NCBI GenBank assembly: GCA_000004695.1
Contig: CM000152.2
Span: 5,728,001 to 5,792,000, forward strand
DNA length: 64,000 nt
Direction of reading: 5' to 3'
From: Dictyostelium discoideum
Taxonomy: Eukaryota
A model generated the notes under the pieces. That model saw nothing but the letters and a program-made list of their open reading frames with translations, was not told the origin of the DNA and did no database searches. The stretch's first letter is position 1. Every line of letters starts with the position of its first letter. Positions 35,247-47,151 of this stretch are shown piece after piece. A program made the position numbers and the translations under genes.

Positions 35247-35645
35247 ATGAATCAACAAATACAACAACAAAAACAACAACAACAAACCAATGATGAAGAT
35301 GATGACATATTATCAAATGTATTTTCAAATACATCATTTATAGTTGATCCGGATTCTAATTTTAAAAAAGAAGAAAATACAAGATTAAAACAATATAAAT
35401 CAATAAATTCAAATCAACATGAAAAGAGAATTCAATACTTTTTAGATAGACAAAAAGAAAAGAGAAGAAGCTTATTATCACATGTTAGACAATTAATTAC
35501 ATTACCAACAAATGATACTTCAATTGAAATTAATACAAATACTAATACTACTACTAATAGTAATAATAATATTAATAATAATGATGATGTTTCAATGAAT
35601 GAAGATGAAAATATTTATGATAATAGTAATAATAATAATAGTAAA

Positions 35646-35678
<33 letters not shown>

Positions 35679-36563
35679 GATAAATTTAAAGAAATTAATA
35701 AAAAAAAACAACAAAATAAATCAACTAAACAAGATTTATTATATTCAAATCATTTAATGTTAGCAGAGGGTATGGTACATATACCAATTACTTTAGAGAG
35801 AGAATGGTATTGTGTACCTGTACCACTTGGATATCGTTGTTTAGTAATCTCACAGAATGATTGGACAATAGTTAGATCAGCAGAGAATGGTCAAGTTTTA
35901 AAGAGATTTAAAAGTTTATTACCATTTGGTAGTGAAGAATCAAGAGAATCATGTCCACCCCAAAATCAGCATTGTATATTAGATTGCATATTTCAAGATA
36001 CTGAAAATACCTTTTACATTTTAGATATCCTATCTTGGAAAGGTTATATATTATATGATTGTGATACTGAATTTAGATTCTTTTGGAGGGATTCGAAATT
36101 ATTAGAATCAAAGTTACATCAAGGTCAACAAACAAAACAAAAAGAAAATCAAATAGAAAAAGAAAATGAAAATGAAAATCAAGAAGAAAAAGAGGTTACA
36201 TTTTTATCAATACCATATTTTAGTTCAAAGGTTGATTCATTAGAACAAATTAAATTTGACTATTTATTAAAAAGAAATAATGCCAACACTGATAAACAAA
36301 TTTTACAATATAAAACCGAATTTTTATTATTTTATCATAAATCATCACATTACGAATTTGGTACAACTCCTTTATTTTGTTCTTTAGCTATTGAATATAT
36401 TGATACCGTTATTGAAGTTTTAAATTATAGAAATCAATATGGTACAGAGGAGGAGGAGCAAGAAGAAGAAGAACAAGAAGAAAAATATCAACAAGAAAAA
36501 GAACAGATTGAAAATAATTATAGTTTTAATAGTAGTGATAATGACTATGAAATGAATAAATAA
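35247..36563 (+). CDS. snurportin-1 homolog (m3G-cap import adaptor), single exon
   Basis: N-terminal IBB-like RLKQYKS...QKEKRR. Cap-binding core aligns with human SNUPN: NHLMLAEGM / NQLMLSEWL; WYCVPVPLGYRCLVIS; RFKSLLPFG; ILDCIF...FYILDILSWKG...YDCDTEFRFFW; LLFYHKSSHYEFGTTPL. Confidence 0.85.
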
Positions 36564-36725
36564 AATTACTTTTTTTAATAATCATTGTTTTATTATACAA
36601 ATATCGCTTTCATTTATTTATTTATTTATTTTTTTTTTGTTAAGTACATATATTTTCTTTTTTTAATTCTTTAATTCTATTTTTTAATTCTGTTTTTTTT
36701 TTTTCTTTTATATAAGCCAATTTAT

Positions 36726-37325
36726 TTACTTGGAACTTGTAAAAGATATAATTAAATAAATTAAAAAGAAAATGAAGACTACAAAGAAAATTAAATACAT
36801 CATATGACTACTTGTTGCTGTTTTTGATAAATCTGTTAATTTTTTCATTGTACCTGAAAGTAATGCTTGTGCACCTGACATATCTGCGTTTAAATTATCT
36901 AAAAGTGAATTACTTTCTTGAACTTGTGATTCAATATCTAAAACTACCTATTATAATTATTATTATTTTATTATTATTATTATTTTCAAAAGTTATTAAA
37001 GTGTTAAACTAATTTCCTTTAAAGTGTAATATTGAAAAACTATTTTGTAAAGCATACTCTTTTTAAAATATTTGCTTTTTGATTCATTGCTTCAATGGTT
37101 TGATCATTTTGTTGTAAAAATAATTGTTCTGAGTTTATTTTTTGGTCATTACCACCTCTGTCATAATTATTTAAACTATTTTTAAAGTTTTCTTCTTCTT
37201 CAAAACCTAATATATTTCTATTCTTTACACTATAAAAAAAAAGAGTAAAAATGTTAGTGTAATGTATTTTTAAATATGTTATTTTAAATTATATAAAACA
37301 ATTTAATATCATACTTTCTATCCAT
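36726..37325 (-). CDS. Bet1/GS15-like Qc-SNARE, 3 exons (37315..37325, 37058..37229, 36726..36947), about 134 aa
   Basis: SNARE motif VVLDIESQVQESNSLLDNLNADMSGAQALLSGTMKKLTDL aligns with human BET1L (LALDIDRDAEDQNRYLDGMDSDFTSMTSLLTGSVKRFSTM), followed by a C-terminal TM anchor. Donors GTATGA and GTATGC; 11-nt first exon (MDR-) is tentative. Confidence 0.6.
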
Positions 37326-37613
37326 TTTATTATCTCTTTTCATTTCATTTATAAAATACAATTAATAATAATAATAAATAAACATAAAAAAATAAAAAAA
37401 GAAAAGGAAAAAATAAAAAAAACAAAAAAAAAAAAAGAAAATTAAAAATTTAAAAATTTAAAAATAAAAAAAAAAAAAAAAAAAAAAAATTTTAATTTTT
37501 TTAATTAAAATAACACATATGCATTTATTAAAAAGACGAATATATATTTTTGGAAACACTTTAAAATTTTAATTTAATATCTTTTTTTTTATTTTTTTTT
37601 ATTTATTGATTTC

Positions 37614-38175
37614 CTACATAATCGAACATCTACAATTTCCACCACAACCCTATTTATAATATTAATAAATTAGTATTAACTTTTTTTTTTTTTTTTTTTT
37701 GGGAAATAATTAAAAATTTTTAAAACTTACACATATATCACAACCACAACCGAGGCAATCCTACAATTTTATTATTATTTTTTTTTTTTTGTCAGTATTT
37801 CCAAGTTTATTTTTTTTTTTTTATATTTTACTTTAATTTTTACTACTTACACAACCACCAGCCATAGAATATATAACTCTAATATTTGAGGATTCTTCAA
37901 TATGAAGTTTATATAATGATTTTTTATCATATCTACAAGGTAATTTTTTATTTTCCAATTCAATCTAAAAAAAAAAAAAAAAATTAATATATTAATATTA
38001 ATTTACTTTTAATATCTTAAAAAAAATAGGTTAATTTTTTACATACATTAATAAGGTGTGTGTCAGTTCCAGTTCTATCATGTATCATTTCTTTTAAATC
38101 CTCTAAAGATGTATTTTTATCATCAACATCAAAGTCAAGTGTTTCATTACTTGCTAATTTACAATGAACCTTCAT
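37614..38175 (-). CDS. ubiquitin-fold (GG-terminated) plus Cys/Gly-rich tail plus CaaX protein, paralog A, 4 exons (38047..38175, 37851..37964, 37731..37760, 37614..37649), about 102 aa
   Basis: MKVHCKLASNETLDFDVDDKNTSLEDLKEMIHDRTGTDTHLIN | IELENKKLPCRYDKKSLYKLHIEESSNIRVIYSMAGGC | DCLGCGCDIC | GCGGNCRCSIM*. All donors GTATGT/GTAAGT, acceptors TTTAG/TTGTAG/AAATAG, all phase 0. Confidence 0.65.
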
Positions 38176-38580
38176 TTTTTTTTTTTTTATTATTTGTATA
38201 GCTTTTTATTTATTTAATTTATATTTTTTTTTTTTTCTTTAAAATTATTTATTTTAATTTCTAATTTATTGACTTTAAATATTTTTTTTTTTTAAAAAAA
38301 TAAAATAAATAATTTTTTTTTTTAAAGATCTATAAAGGAAATAAAAATTAAAAATTAATAAAAAAAAAAAATAAAATATAAAAAAAAAAAAAAATAAAAA
38401 AAAATTAAAAGAATAGATCCTTCACATGTTTGTGCATTTTGGAAAGAATTATAATTTGTATATTTTAAAAGAAAATGCAATGTTTTTTAAGGAAAAGTCG
38501 AATTATTAATTTTTATTAAATTTTTTAAAAAAAGAATTAAAAATTGTTGTTGTATTTATTATTTGAATTGGAATTTATTG

Positions 38581-38620
<40 letters not shown>

Positions 38621-39114
38621 TTAACCAAAATTGATTTTGTGGTTTTGGAATTACATGGACGAAAGAAAAACAAAAAGTAAATTTAATTTTTTTTTTTCTT
38701 TTTTTTTGATTAATTTAAAATAAAATAATATAAAATAAAATATAATAAAATAAATAAATTAAATGTATATTTTTAAAATTTGTTAATTGTCCTTTTTTAT
38801 TTTTTTATTTTTTTATTTTTTTTTTTTTTTGATTTAATAAATAGAAAAAAATTATTTTGTTGGTTGTAATTTTTTATTATTACTTTTTATTATTACTTTT
38901 TTTATTATTTCATTATAGTTATTTAAATATTTAGATTTTTATTTAATATATGATTAATTATTAAATAAAAGTGTTTAGATAATATTTGTTAAGCTTTGGT
39001 ATAAGTTTTTCTTTAAAATTTTAATAGAATTAGTAACCCTTTTATTATTGTTTAAAGTTCATTTGAGTAGATTTCTAATCTTAGAGAAAGGAAAGATTAA
39101 TCTAAGCACTATAA

Positions 39115-39150
<36 letters not shown>

Positions 39151-39177
39151 TTTTCAAGTCCTATTACTTTTTTTTTT

Positions 39178-39991
39178 TCATAAAATATAATAATCTTGAA
39201 ATCTATTTGATGAAGGTAAAGAAATACCACCTCTAACATTACTTGATAAACCCATACTACCACTAACATCAATACAAAAAATTACAAATGAATCGTCTTT
39301 TTCTTTTTCTTTTTCTTTTTCTTCATTTTTATTTTTATCAATTTCTTGATTTGTTGTGGTGGTTGTGGTGTTATTTATAATTTCAGGTTCTAAAATATAA
39401 TCTACTATATTTACCTTTGGAATTTCTTCATCATCAAGAATAATATCATCAGGTATCCAAAATGAAAGTGGTACATCAGGATTCAGTCTTTTCTCCTCTT
39501 CGCCATTAATATTAATATAGTGAAAATAGACAGACACATTAGATCTTGGACGTGGAATGGCTTCGATTTCTTCTTGAATCTTAATTTTCTACGACGATAA
39601 ATATCCTCAATCTTCTCTAATTCTAGACCATTTAAAATAAGTTTCTCTTGTTGACTGGATTCCTCTTTCTCTTTTTGTCTATTTCTTGAAGAGTTTCTTA
39701 ATTTATCCCATTCTTCACTAGTCAGCTGACTATCTTGTGTTTGTTGAGCAGTTGCAGAGCAGGCTGTAGTTGAGCAGGTTGTTGTTCAGCAGGTTGCTGA
39801 GAAGGTTGTTGAGAAGGTTGTAGAGCGGATTGTTGTTGTTCTAAAGAAAGGTCCAATATGTTTTGTTGATGTTTTCGTATAAAAAATCGCAATATTATTA
39901 ATTTTTGTTGCAAGGCAGGAAGATTCCCAGAATCAAGTTCTTCTTCTTCATCCTTGGAAGTAAAAAAATATTTTGATCCAAAATCAAACAT
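39178..39991 (-). pseudogene. decayed partial paralog of the HMG-box/PHD gene (exon-2 region through HMG box) fused to unrelated sequence
   Basis: Three frames needed: FDFGSKYFF...LPALQQKLI (vs parent FDPHTKTLQ...VPEFEKKLI); LELEKIEDIYRRRK then frameshift; IQEEIEAIPRPRSNVSVYFHYININGEEEKRLNPDVPLS (vs parent IEEEIEAIVRPRSNVSAYFHYMNINREDEKRMNPDVPLS). Similarity ends there and continues into a vWA/MIDAS-like DDSFVIFCIDVSGSMG before a stop. Confidence 0.45.
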
Positions 39992-40332
39992 TTTTATGTT
40001 TTTTTTTTTTTTTTTTCTGAGATGATTTTGTTTTTTTTTTTCATGAAATTTTTTTTTTATTTACAGTTTTTTTGGGAAACATATTATTTTTAGGCTTAAA
40101 CATTAAAAAAAAAGGCTGCGATATTATTCTTTTTTTTTTTTTTTTTTTTTTTATTTTATTTAAATATGGAAATAAAAAAAATAAAAAAATTTATTTAATT
40201 ATTTAGAGAATAAAGAAAACAGATTATTGTTTAACTTATTTAAAAAATTTATTTATTTATTTATTTATAGAATAAAGAAAACAGATTATTGTTTATTTAA
40301 ATCTTTAATTTATTTTATTTTATTATTATTAT

Positions 40333-40394
<62 letters not shown>

Positions 40395-40406
40395 TCAGTA
40401 GTCCAA

Positions 40407-40641
40407 TTATAAAATTGTACAATGACAACCTCCACCTAAACCACAGCAATCACAACCAGCGCCACAACCACCATTAAGGTCATAGAGGACTCTAATGTTT
40501 GGGGAATCTGTTATTTTGAAATTTGATAGTTTCTTTTTATCGAATCTTGTTGGTAATTTTTTACTATCTATTTCAATCTGTAATAAAAGTTTTATAATAT
40601 TAGTAATTGATATTTATTTTTAATTCTTTTACTATTATTAC

Positions 40642-40717
<76 letters not shown>

Positions 40718-40865
40718 TAAAATAAAAAATTACAATTTGGTGTTCAATTGGAATTCCATGAAGGTTATAAATTTTTGACTTTATATCACTAATTGAATTA
40801 TTATTATCAATATCCAATTCTAATATATTCTCTTCAATATTTGGTAGTTGGCAATTAACTTTCAT
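40407..40865 (-). CDS. ubiquitin-fold plus Cys-rich tail plus CaaX protein, paralog B, 2 exons (40734..40865, 40407..40577), 100 aa
   Basis: MKVNCQLPNIEENILELDIDNNNSISDIKSKIYNLHGIPIEHQI | IEIDSKKLPTRFDKKKLSNFKITDSPNIRVLYDLNGGCGAGCDCCGLGGGCHCTIL*. Donor GTAATT(40733), acceptor TTACAG(40578). Intron carries (ATT)n. Confidence 0.7.
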
Positions 40866-41356
40866 TTTTATTATCTATTTATTTTACTTTAAATAATTTT
40901 TTATTCAATTATTAAAATAAAATGTTTTTTTTTTTTTTAATTTTTAGTTTTAATTCATTTTTCAATTATTTTTTATTTTTATTTTTTTATTTTTTTTATT
41001 TTTTTTATTTTTTTATTTTAAAATAAAAAAGTCCTTTTCCCCTATTTGGAGGTTTTTTAAATTATGTTTCCTTTGATATGATCTATATTCTAAAATAGAA
41101 AAAAAAAAAATTAGATATTTTCTTAATTAAAAAAAAAAATTAAAAAAATTAAAAAAAAAATAAAATTAAAAAAAAAAAAAAAATAAAAAAAAAGCTTTTT
41201 TATACTTTTAAAGAATAAAAAAAAAAAAAAATAAATAAAAATGAAAATAAAAAATATTGTTTAATTTAAAAAAAAAAATTTCTTTTTTGAAAATGGAATG
41301 AAATTTATTTAGTTTATAAGATATTTATTTTGCACAACCCGCTGATATTTTCAAAA

Positions 41357-41425
41357 TTATTGGACAACACAATGACATCCCCCACCTAACCCCTAAGATA
41401 AAAATAGATTTTTGAATTGTATTAG

Positions 41426-41469
<44 letters not shown>

Positions 41470-41836
41470 ACATACACATATGTCGCAACCTCCTCCACAA
41501 CCACCTTCAAGGTCATACATCATTCTAATATCGGAATTTTCAGAAACTTTAAAGTTTGATAATTTCTTTTTGTCATACTTTGTTGTTAATTTCTTTTTGT
41601 CCATTTCAATCTAAAAAAAAAAAAAAAAAAAAAAGAAAAAAAAATTTTAATTAGTATAATTATTGATTAAAATTATTTTTAATATTTAATAAAATATAAT
41701 ACAATTTGGTTATGAATTGGAGTTCCGGTTTTATCAAAAATTAGGCTCTTGAGGTCATGGATTGATGTTTTTTCTGGATTTAAATCAAACTCTACGGTTT
41801 GATTTTCATTATTTGGTAAATGGCAATTAACTTTCA
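41357..41836 (-). CDS. ubiquitin-fold plus Cys-rich tail plus CaaX protein, paralog C, 3 exons (41702..41836, 41476..41610, 41357..41392), 101 aa
   Basis: MKVNCHLPNNENQTVEFDLNPEKTSIHDLKSLIFDKTGTPIHNQI | IEMDKKKLTTKYDKKKLSNFKVSENSDIRMMYDLEGGCGGGCDIC | GLGGGCHCVVQ*. Donors GTATTA and GTATGT; acceptors TTTTAG and CTTAG. Confidence 0.7.
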
Positions 41837-42546
41837 TTTTTTTATTTGTTTAAATTTATTATTCTTTATCTAATATTTTTTTATAAGTATGTAACAAATT
41901 TTTTGTTTTTTTAAAAAAAAATATTTGTATTTTTATTTTAATTTATATTTTTTTTTTTTTTTTTTATATTTTTAAAAAAAACCATTTTTTGACCTGTTCC
42001 CTAAATTATAAATAAAAAATAATCTATATTGTCATTTATAGTATTTTATTAAAAAAAAATTTAGATGTGTAAACCATTCTGTTTAAATTAATTGGTTTTT
42101 TTTTTTTTTTTTTAATTATTTTTTTTTTTTAACAAAACTATTAAAAAATGAAACATTACCATTGCAATTTTAATTTTAGTTTTTTTTATTTTTCCTAACA
42201 ATTCAAGTAAATTCTAAAAAATATAATAAATTAAGAAAAGGAAACTGGTTTTATGAGAATAAAAAAAAAACTATCCATTATTTTATTTTATTTTCATTAA
42301 TGTTTAAATTTTAAAAAAAATAAAAAAAGTGAAAATGGAAATATTATTTTATGAATAATTTAAAGTAACTGAGAAAAAAAAATAAAAAAAAAAAAAAATA
42401 GATGAAACACAAAAAATTAAAAAGACAAAAATAAAATAATAATAAATTGTATAATTTTAGGAATAACTTTAATTTCAATACGAAATAAAAAATTATGTAA
42501 TTTTTATTTATTTTTTATATATATAGTTAAATAGGTTTTATTTTTA

Positions 42547-42936
42547 TAGACTTTTTTTATAGAATTTGGCATGAGCAACCACTTGCTACACCACCACCTC
42601 CTTCTAATGAATAAACCATTCTTAACTAATATTTAAATATTAGTATAAATTTTAAAATTAATATTAAAAAAAAAAAAAAAAAAAAAATATATATATATAC
42701 ATATATATATATTTTAAGAATAATAATTACACTTGAGTTTTCTGCTAAATGTAATTTTGATAATTTTTTATTATCATATCTATTTGATAATCTTTTTGTA
42801 TCAAATTCAATTACTTGATTTGAAACAGGTGTACCAGTTTTATAATAAATTATATTTTTTAAATCATTAATGGTGGTTTCTTTTGGATCCAAACCTTCAA
42901 ATTGGATAATCTCTTTTGTACTTGGAAATTGACAAT
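42547..42936 (-). CDS. ubiquitin-fold plus Cys-rich tail plus CaaX protein, paralog D, 2 exons (42721..42936, 42547..42615), 94 aa
   Basis: MKVHCQFPSTKEIIQFEGLDPKETTINDLKNIIYYKTGTPVSNQVIEFDTKRLSNRYDNKKLSKLHLAENSS | LRMVYSLEGGGGVASGCSCQIL*. Donor GTAATT, acceptor ATTAG. Exon 1 is the ORF-track entry listed as 42626..42946; the displayed numbering places it 10 nt lower and I used the displayed numbering. Confidence 0.65.
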
Positions 42937-43650
42937 GAACTTTCATTTTTTTTATTTTTTTATTTTTAAATTTTATTTTATGTAGGTGAAAGCTATTTAG
43001 AGATTTTAAATAATTAAAAAATTATTTATTATTATTACTATTATTTCAAAATGATTTAAGTGAATAGAAGAATTAAAAAAAAAAATAAAAAAATAAAAAA
43101 GTATTTATAGGATCAAAATTATTAAAAGAAAAATTGACCCGGTCCTCCCATTAATTCTAAAAAAGGAAAAAAAAGAGACCCGTTCAAATTTTTAAAAAAA
43201 AAAAAAATAAAAAAAAAAAAAAATTAAAAATAAAAAATTAAAAAAAAAAATTAAAAAAATAAAAAATTTTAGATCTAAGATTTTCAAAATTTTGTTTTTA
43301 TATTTATCTTTTTTATAATTATTTGAAGATCTTGTTATTGTAGATTATAACATGTATAAACTATTTAGTTTCTATTCTTTTTTTTTTTTTTTTTTTTTTA
43401 TCCAAATTTTCAGAGGGTTTAAAAAAAAAAAAAAAAAGTTTTTATTAATTTAACACATACTTAAAAATTTAAAAATAAGGTAGTATCATAAGATCTACAC
43501 CGAAAAAAATCTTAAAGTAAAAAATACTTTACATAATTTTTATTATTAATTCTTTTTTTAAACACTTTATTTATTATTTTTTTTTTTTTAAAACCTTTTT
43601 TTTTTTTTTTTTTTTTTTTTTTGATTCTACTAAAATTAACTTTTTAAAAA

Positions 43651-44053
43651 CTATAAAATTTGACATACGCATTCACCACCACCAAAACCACATAAATCAC
43701 ATTCACAACAAGACCCACCCAAATCATATAAAATTCTAATATTTGTTGACTCTATAACTTTGAATTTTTTTAATTTAAATTTATCATGTTTTTGAGACAA
43801 TTTTTTATTATTTAATTCGATCTATATAATTTTAAATAAAATAAAATTAAAATCTTTTAATTTTAAATAAAATAAAATTAAAATCTTTTTAAAAAAAAAA
43901 ACTAATAATTTAAACACTTACAATTTGCATATCTATTGGTATTTTTTCTTTTTCATATATAAAACTTTTTAAAATATAAATAGTTGGATCAATTTGTCCA
44001 TTCATATCAAATTCTAATATTTTATCTGTTGGTAGTAAACATTTAATAATCAT
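43651..44053 (-). CDS. ubiquitin-fold plus Cys-rich tail plus CaaX protein, paralog E, 2 exons (43922..44053, 43651..43821), 100 aa
   Basis: MIIKCLLPTDKILEFDMNGQIDPTIYILKSFIYEKEKIPIDMQI | IELNNKKLSQKHDKFKLKKFKVIESTNIRILYDLGGSCCECDLCGFGGGECVCQIL*. Donor GTAAGT(43921), acceptor TATAG(43822). Confidence 0.7.
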
Positions 44054-44422
44054 TTTTTCAAACTTATTTAAATTTTAATTGGAAAAATAGAAATTTTAAA
44101 AATATTAAAACAAAATAATTAGTAACAATAAAATAAACAAAAAAAAAAATAAATAATAATAATAATAATAATATTAATAAATAATAAATAAAAAATTTTT
44201 TAAAAATTAATTGAAAAATAAATTAAAATATTATAATAAAATTAATTAATAAAAAAAAGTAAAAAATAAACAATACAATAAACAAAACCCACAAACATTA
44301 TTATCTAATAATTCCATGTATAGTATTTCGAAAGTGGGTAGTAGGTTTCTTTAAAATTATATTAAGTATATATATATGTATTTTTTTTTTTTTTTTTTTT
44401 TTTTTAAAATTTTTCTTTTTAT

Positions 44423-44457
<35 letters not shown>

Positions 44458-44492
44458 TTAAATTATAATATTATATATTGTTTTGAAATTGT

Positions 44493-44774
44493 TTATTTCT
44501 TTTTCTTCATAGCTTGTTTACCTTGACCTTTCTTAATTTCTGGTTTACCTCTTTGTTGATCTCTTTCACGAGTTTCTACCTTTGTGAGTGCTTTATCATC
44601 TGTATTACCAATCATATGTCTTGAAATTAATGGTTTTGAATAATATTGAGTTAAATAATCACCAATTAATGGTTTTCTAAGATATTTTAAACCCATATTT
44701 GGACTACCTTCTGGTCTAAATCCAAAAATTCTTAATGATGCTGAATATGCACTTTGTAATTGTCTTGCAATCAT
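44493..44774 (-). CDS. mrps33: mitochondrial ribosomal protein S33 (MRP-S33 family) homolog, single exon
   Basis: 93-aa ORF. LQSAYSASLRIFGFRP...KYLRKPL and the basic tail KKGQGKQAMKKKK parallel human MRPS33 (SEYAFRMSRLSARLFGE...KKGEGKRAAKRK). Confidence 0.6.
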   Translation of the reverse strand: MIARQLQSAYSASLRIFGFRPEGSPNMGLKYLRKPLIGDYLTQYYSKPLISRHMIGNTDDKALTKVETRERDQQRGKPEIKKGQGKQAMKKKK

Positions 44775-45377
44775 TTTTTATTTATATATTTATATGTACA
44801 AAGAATTTCTTTATATATATATATATATAATAAAATATAATTTTATTATAAAATTGATGAATTTTAATAAATATATTGATAATGATATTGATAGTGATAT
44901 TGATAATGATATTGATAAATTAAGGTATTATTATTATTTATAATTAATCTATTAGTATACTGTATGAATTTTGAGTTTTTCTGAATAAACTGCTACTATG
45001 GTATAAAATGATAATTAATAATAATAAAATTTAATAAAAACCTACCTAATATAGAATTTAAAAAAAAAAAAAAAAATACAAAATATTTGTGTTATTATTA
45101 TTATAATTTAGAAAAAAAAAAAAAGTTATACAAAAAATTGGTTTGATCAATATTTTTCGTTTCAAAAAAAAAAAAAATTTAAAAAAAAAAAATAAAAAAT
45201 AAAAAAAAAAAAAATAAAAATAAAAAATGTGAAAATAAAAAAAAAATAAAAAATAAAAAATTTCATATGAAATTCTGTCTTTGTCGTTTTTGGAAATAAA
45301 CAAAAAATTGTAAAATGATTTTTAATTTTTTTTCTAAACACTTTTTTTTTTTTTTTCCATATAAAAAGCTCTAAATA

Positions 45378-46178
45378 CTATTCATCTTTATTTCTATTTA
45401 TATTTAAATTATTAGGATTTTTTGAAGATTCCATTGCATCTAATACCACATTTAGTGAGGTTGAAGCAACTAACATTTTTTTAATTTCAATTAAATCCTC
45501 TTCATCTAAATCACATTCACCAGTACGTTTATTTTTAAATATTTCTTTTAAAAGTAATTCAAAACCTTCATCTGTAAGATCTTTATATGAAAATTTATCA
45601 TCCTCTATAATATCTTCATTCTTTGATTTTAAAATTACTGGTTTTATACTTGACTCTTCTTCAACTGTTATATCTTCATTTAAAAAATTTCTTTCCATTT
45701 TATTTTGGTGACTTTCTAATTCTTGGTCTAAACTATTATAATAATAATTATTTATTATTTTAAAATTTAAATTTTAATACTAATGTGGGAAAATAGTAAT
45801 ATTATTATAATCATAATTATGTTACATTATTTCCCAATCTTCATCTGTAAATTTCACAGGTCGATAAGAATTTTTTGAAATTTTTTTTTTTGTAAGATCT
45901 TCAACTACTGAACTATGATATTTTCCTTTAAATGGTTGATTATTTCTCATTCTATATTCATGATCTCTTTTGGCTTGAATATTTTCTATTGTTTCTCCAT
46001 ATTCCTCTTCATCATCATCGTCATCAAATATATTTCTTGATTTACCATAAAAACGTTTTTTATTATTATTATAATTATTATTATTAACTGAATATATATT
46101 TATATTAAAAGAGGTAATTATATTTTTAAAAACATCTTTAATTATTAATCTATTATTATTATTACAAATTTTAATCAT
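45378..46178 (-). CDS. acidic hypothetical protein, 2 exons (45826..46178, 45378..45732) joined via a non-canonical GTAACA donor, about 235 aa
   Basis: ORFs 45822..46178 and 45378..45698 become one frame (…FTDEDWEI-I-LDQELESHQNKMERNF…) if the donor is AT|GTAACA (45825) and the acceptor ATAATAG| (45733), phase 2. They may instead be two separate genes. Confidence 0.4.
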
Positions 46179-46277
46179 TTTTTTATTTTTTTATTTTTTT
46201 TTTTTTTTTTAATTTTCGTTTTAATCAAAAAAAAAAAATAAAAAAAAAAATAATTTTTATCCAACTTTTTTGATTTT

Positions 46278-46327
<50 letters not shown>

Positions 46328-46332
46328 AAACT

Positions 46333-46364
<32 letters not shown>

Positions 46365-46365
<1 letters not shown>

Positions 46366-46968
46366 TGGCACAAAATAATAATAATAATAATAATAATGAA
46401 ACAGATACAGAAAAAGTTGAAAGATTAAAAAAAAAAATTGAAAAAATTAAAGAAGATAGAATTGAAAATGAAAATAGTTTAAAAGATTTACGACTATCAT
46501 CTAGACCAACATATTTAGCTGGTGGTATATTTGGCGCAGCTGCAATTTATTATAATTTAAAAAAAAAATCAAAATTAGCAAAATTTTCATTATTATCATC
46601 TGGTTTAATTGTTTTTTCTGGGTAAATAAATAAATAATAGATAAAATAAAATAAATAAATTAAAATTTTTTTTTTTTTTTACTAATCAATATGAAATAAA
46701 AAATAATAAAATAAATAGTCATTTAATTGATCGTGGTGAGGAGAAATTTGGAACAATTTTAGCAGGTGGTGTATCAGCAATTTTATCAGGAACAACTATA
46801 GCAAGTGGATTTAAAAATAAAAAAATATTACCATTGGCATTAGGAACTGTTGCTGTTGCATCAATGAGTTATCATGGTTTCTTTTCATTATATAATAGTT
46901 TGGATCAAGTTAAAGAATTAATTGATACTCATGATGAAAATGTAAAAATTATAAAACAACAAAAATAA
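46365..46968 (+). CDS. small multi-pass membrane protein (TMEM14-like GxxxG-rich), 2 exons (46365..46621, 46719..46968), about 168 aa
   Basis: Donor G|GTAAAT at 46622 (phase 2) and acceptor AAATAG| at 46718 extend ORF 46365..46625 into ...IVFSG-HLIDRGEEKFGTILAGGVSAILSGTTIASGF...ALGTVAVASMSYHGFFSLYNSLDQVKELIDTHDENVKIIKQQK*. Confidence 0.55.
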
Positions 46969-47151
46969 TAATAATAATAAAAATGAAATTATATAAAGAA
47001 AAACAATAATACATATATATTTATTTTAAAATTTTTTTTATTTTTTTTAAAAAAAAGATATTATAATAGTGGTAATAGTAATAATAGTAATAATAATATG
47101 ATAATATGATAATATACAAATTATGTATATGTAATTTTTTTTTTTTTTTTT

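Noticed and set aside
42616-42946. 10-nt discrepancy: ORF track lists 42626..42946, displayed sequence places the identical ORF at 42616..42936
   Set aside because: Could not be reconciled; all other ORF-track entries I checked match the displayed numbering, so paralog D coordinates follow the displayed numbering (true values may be +10).
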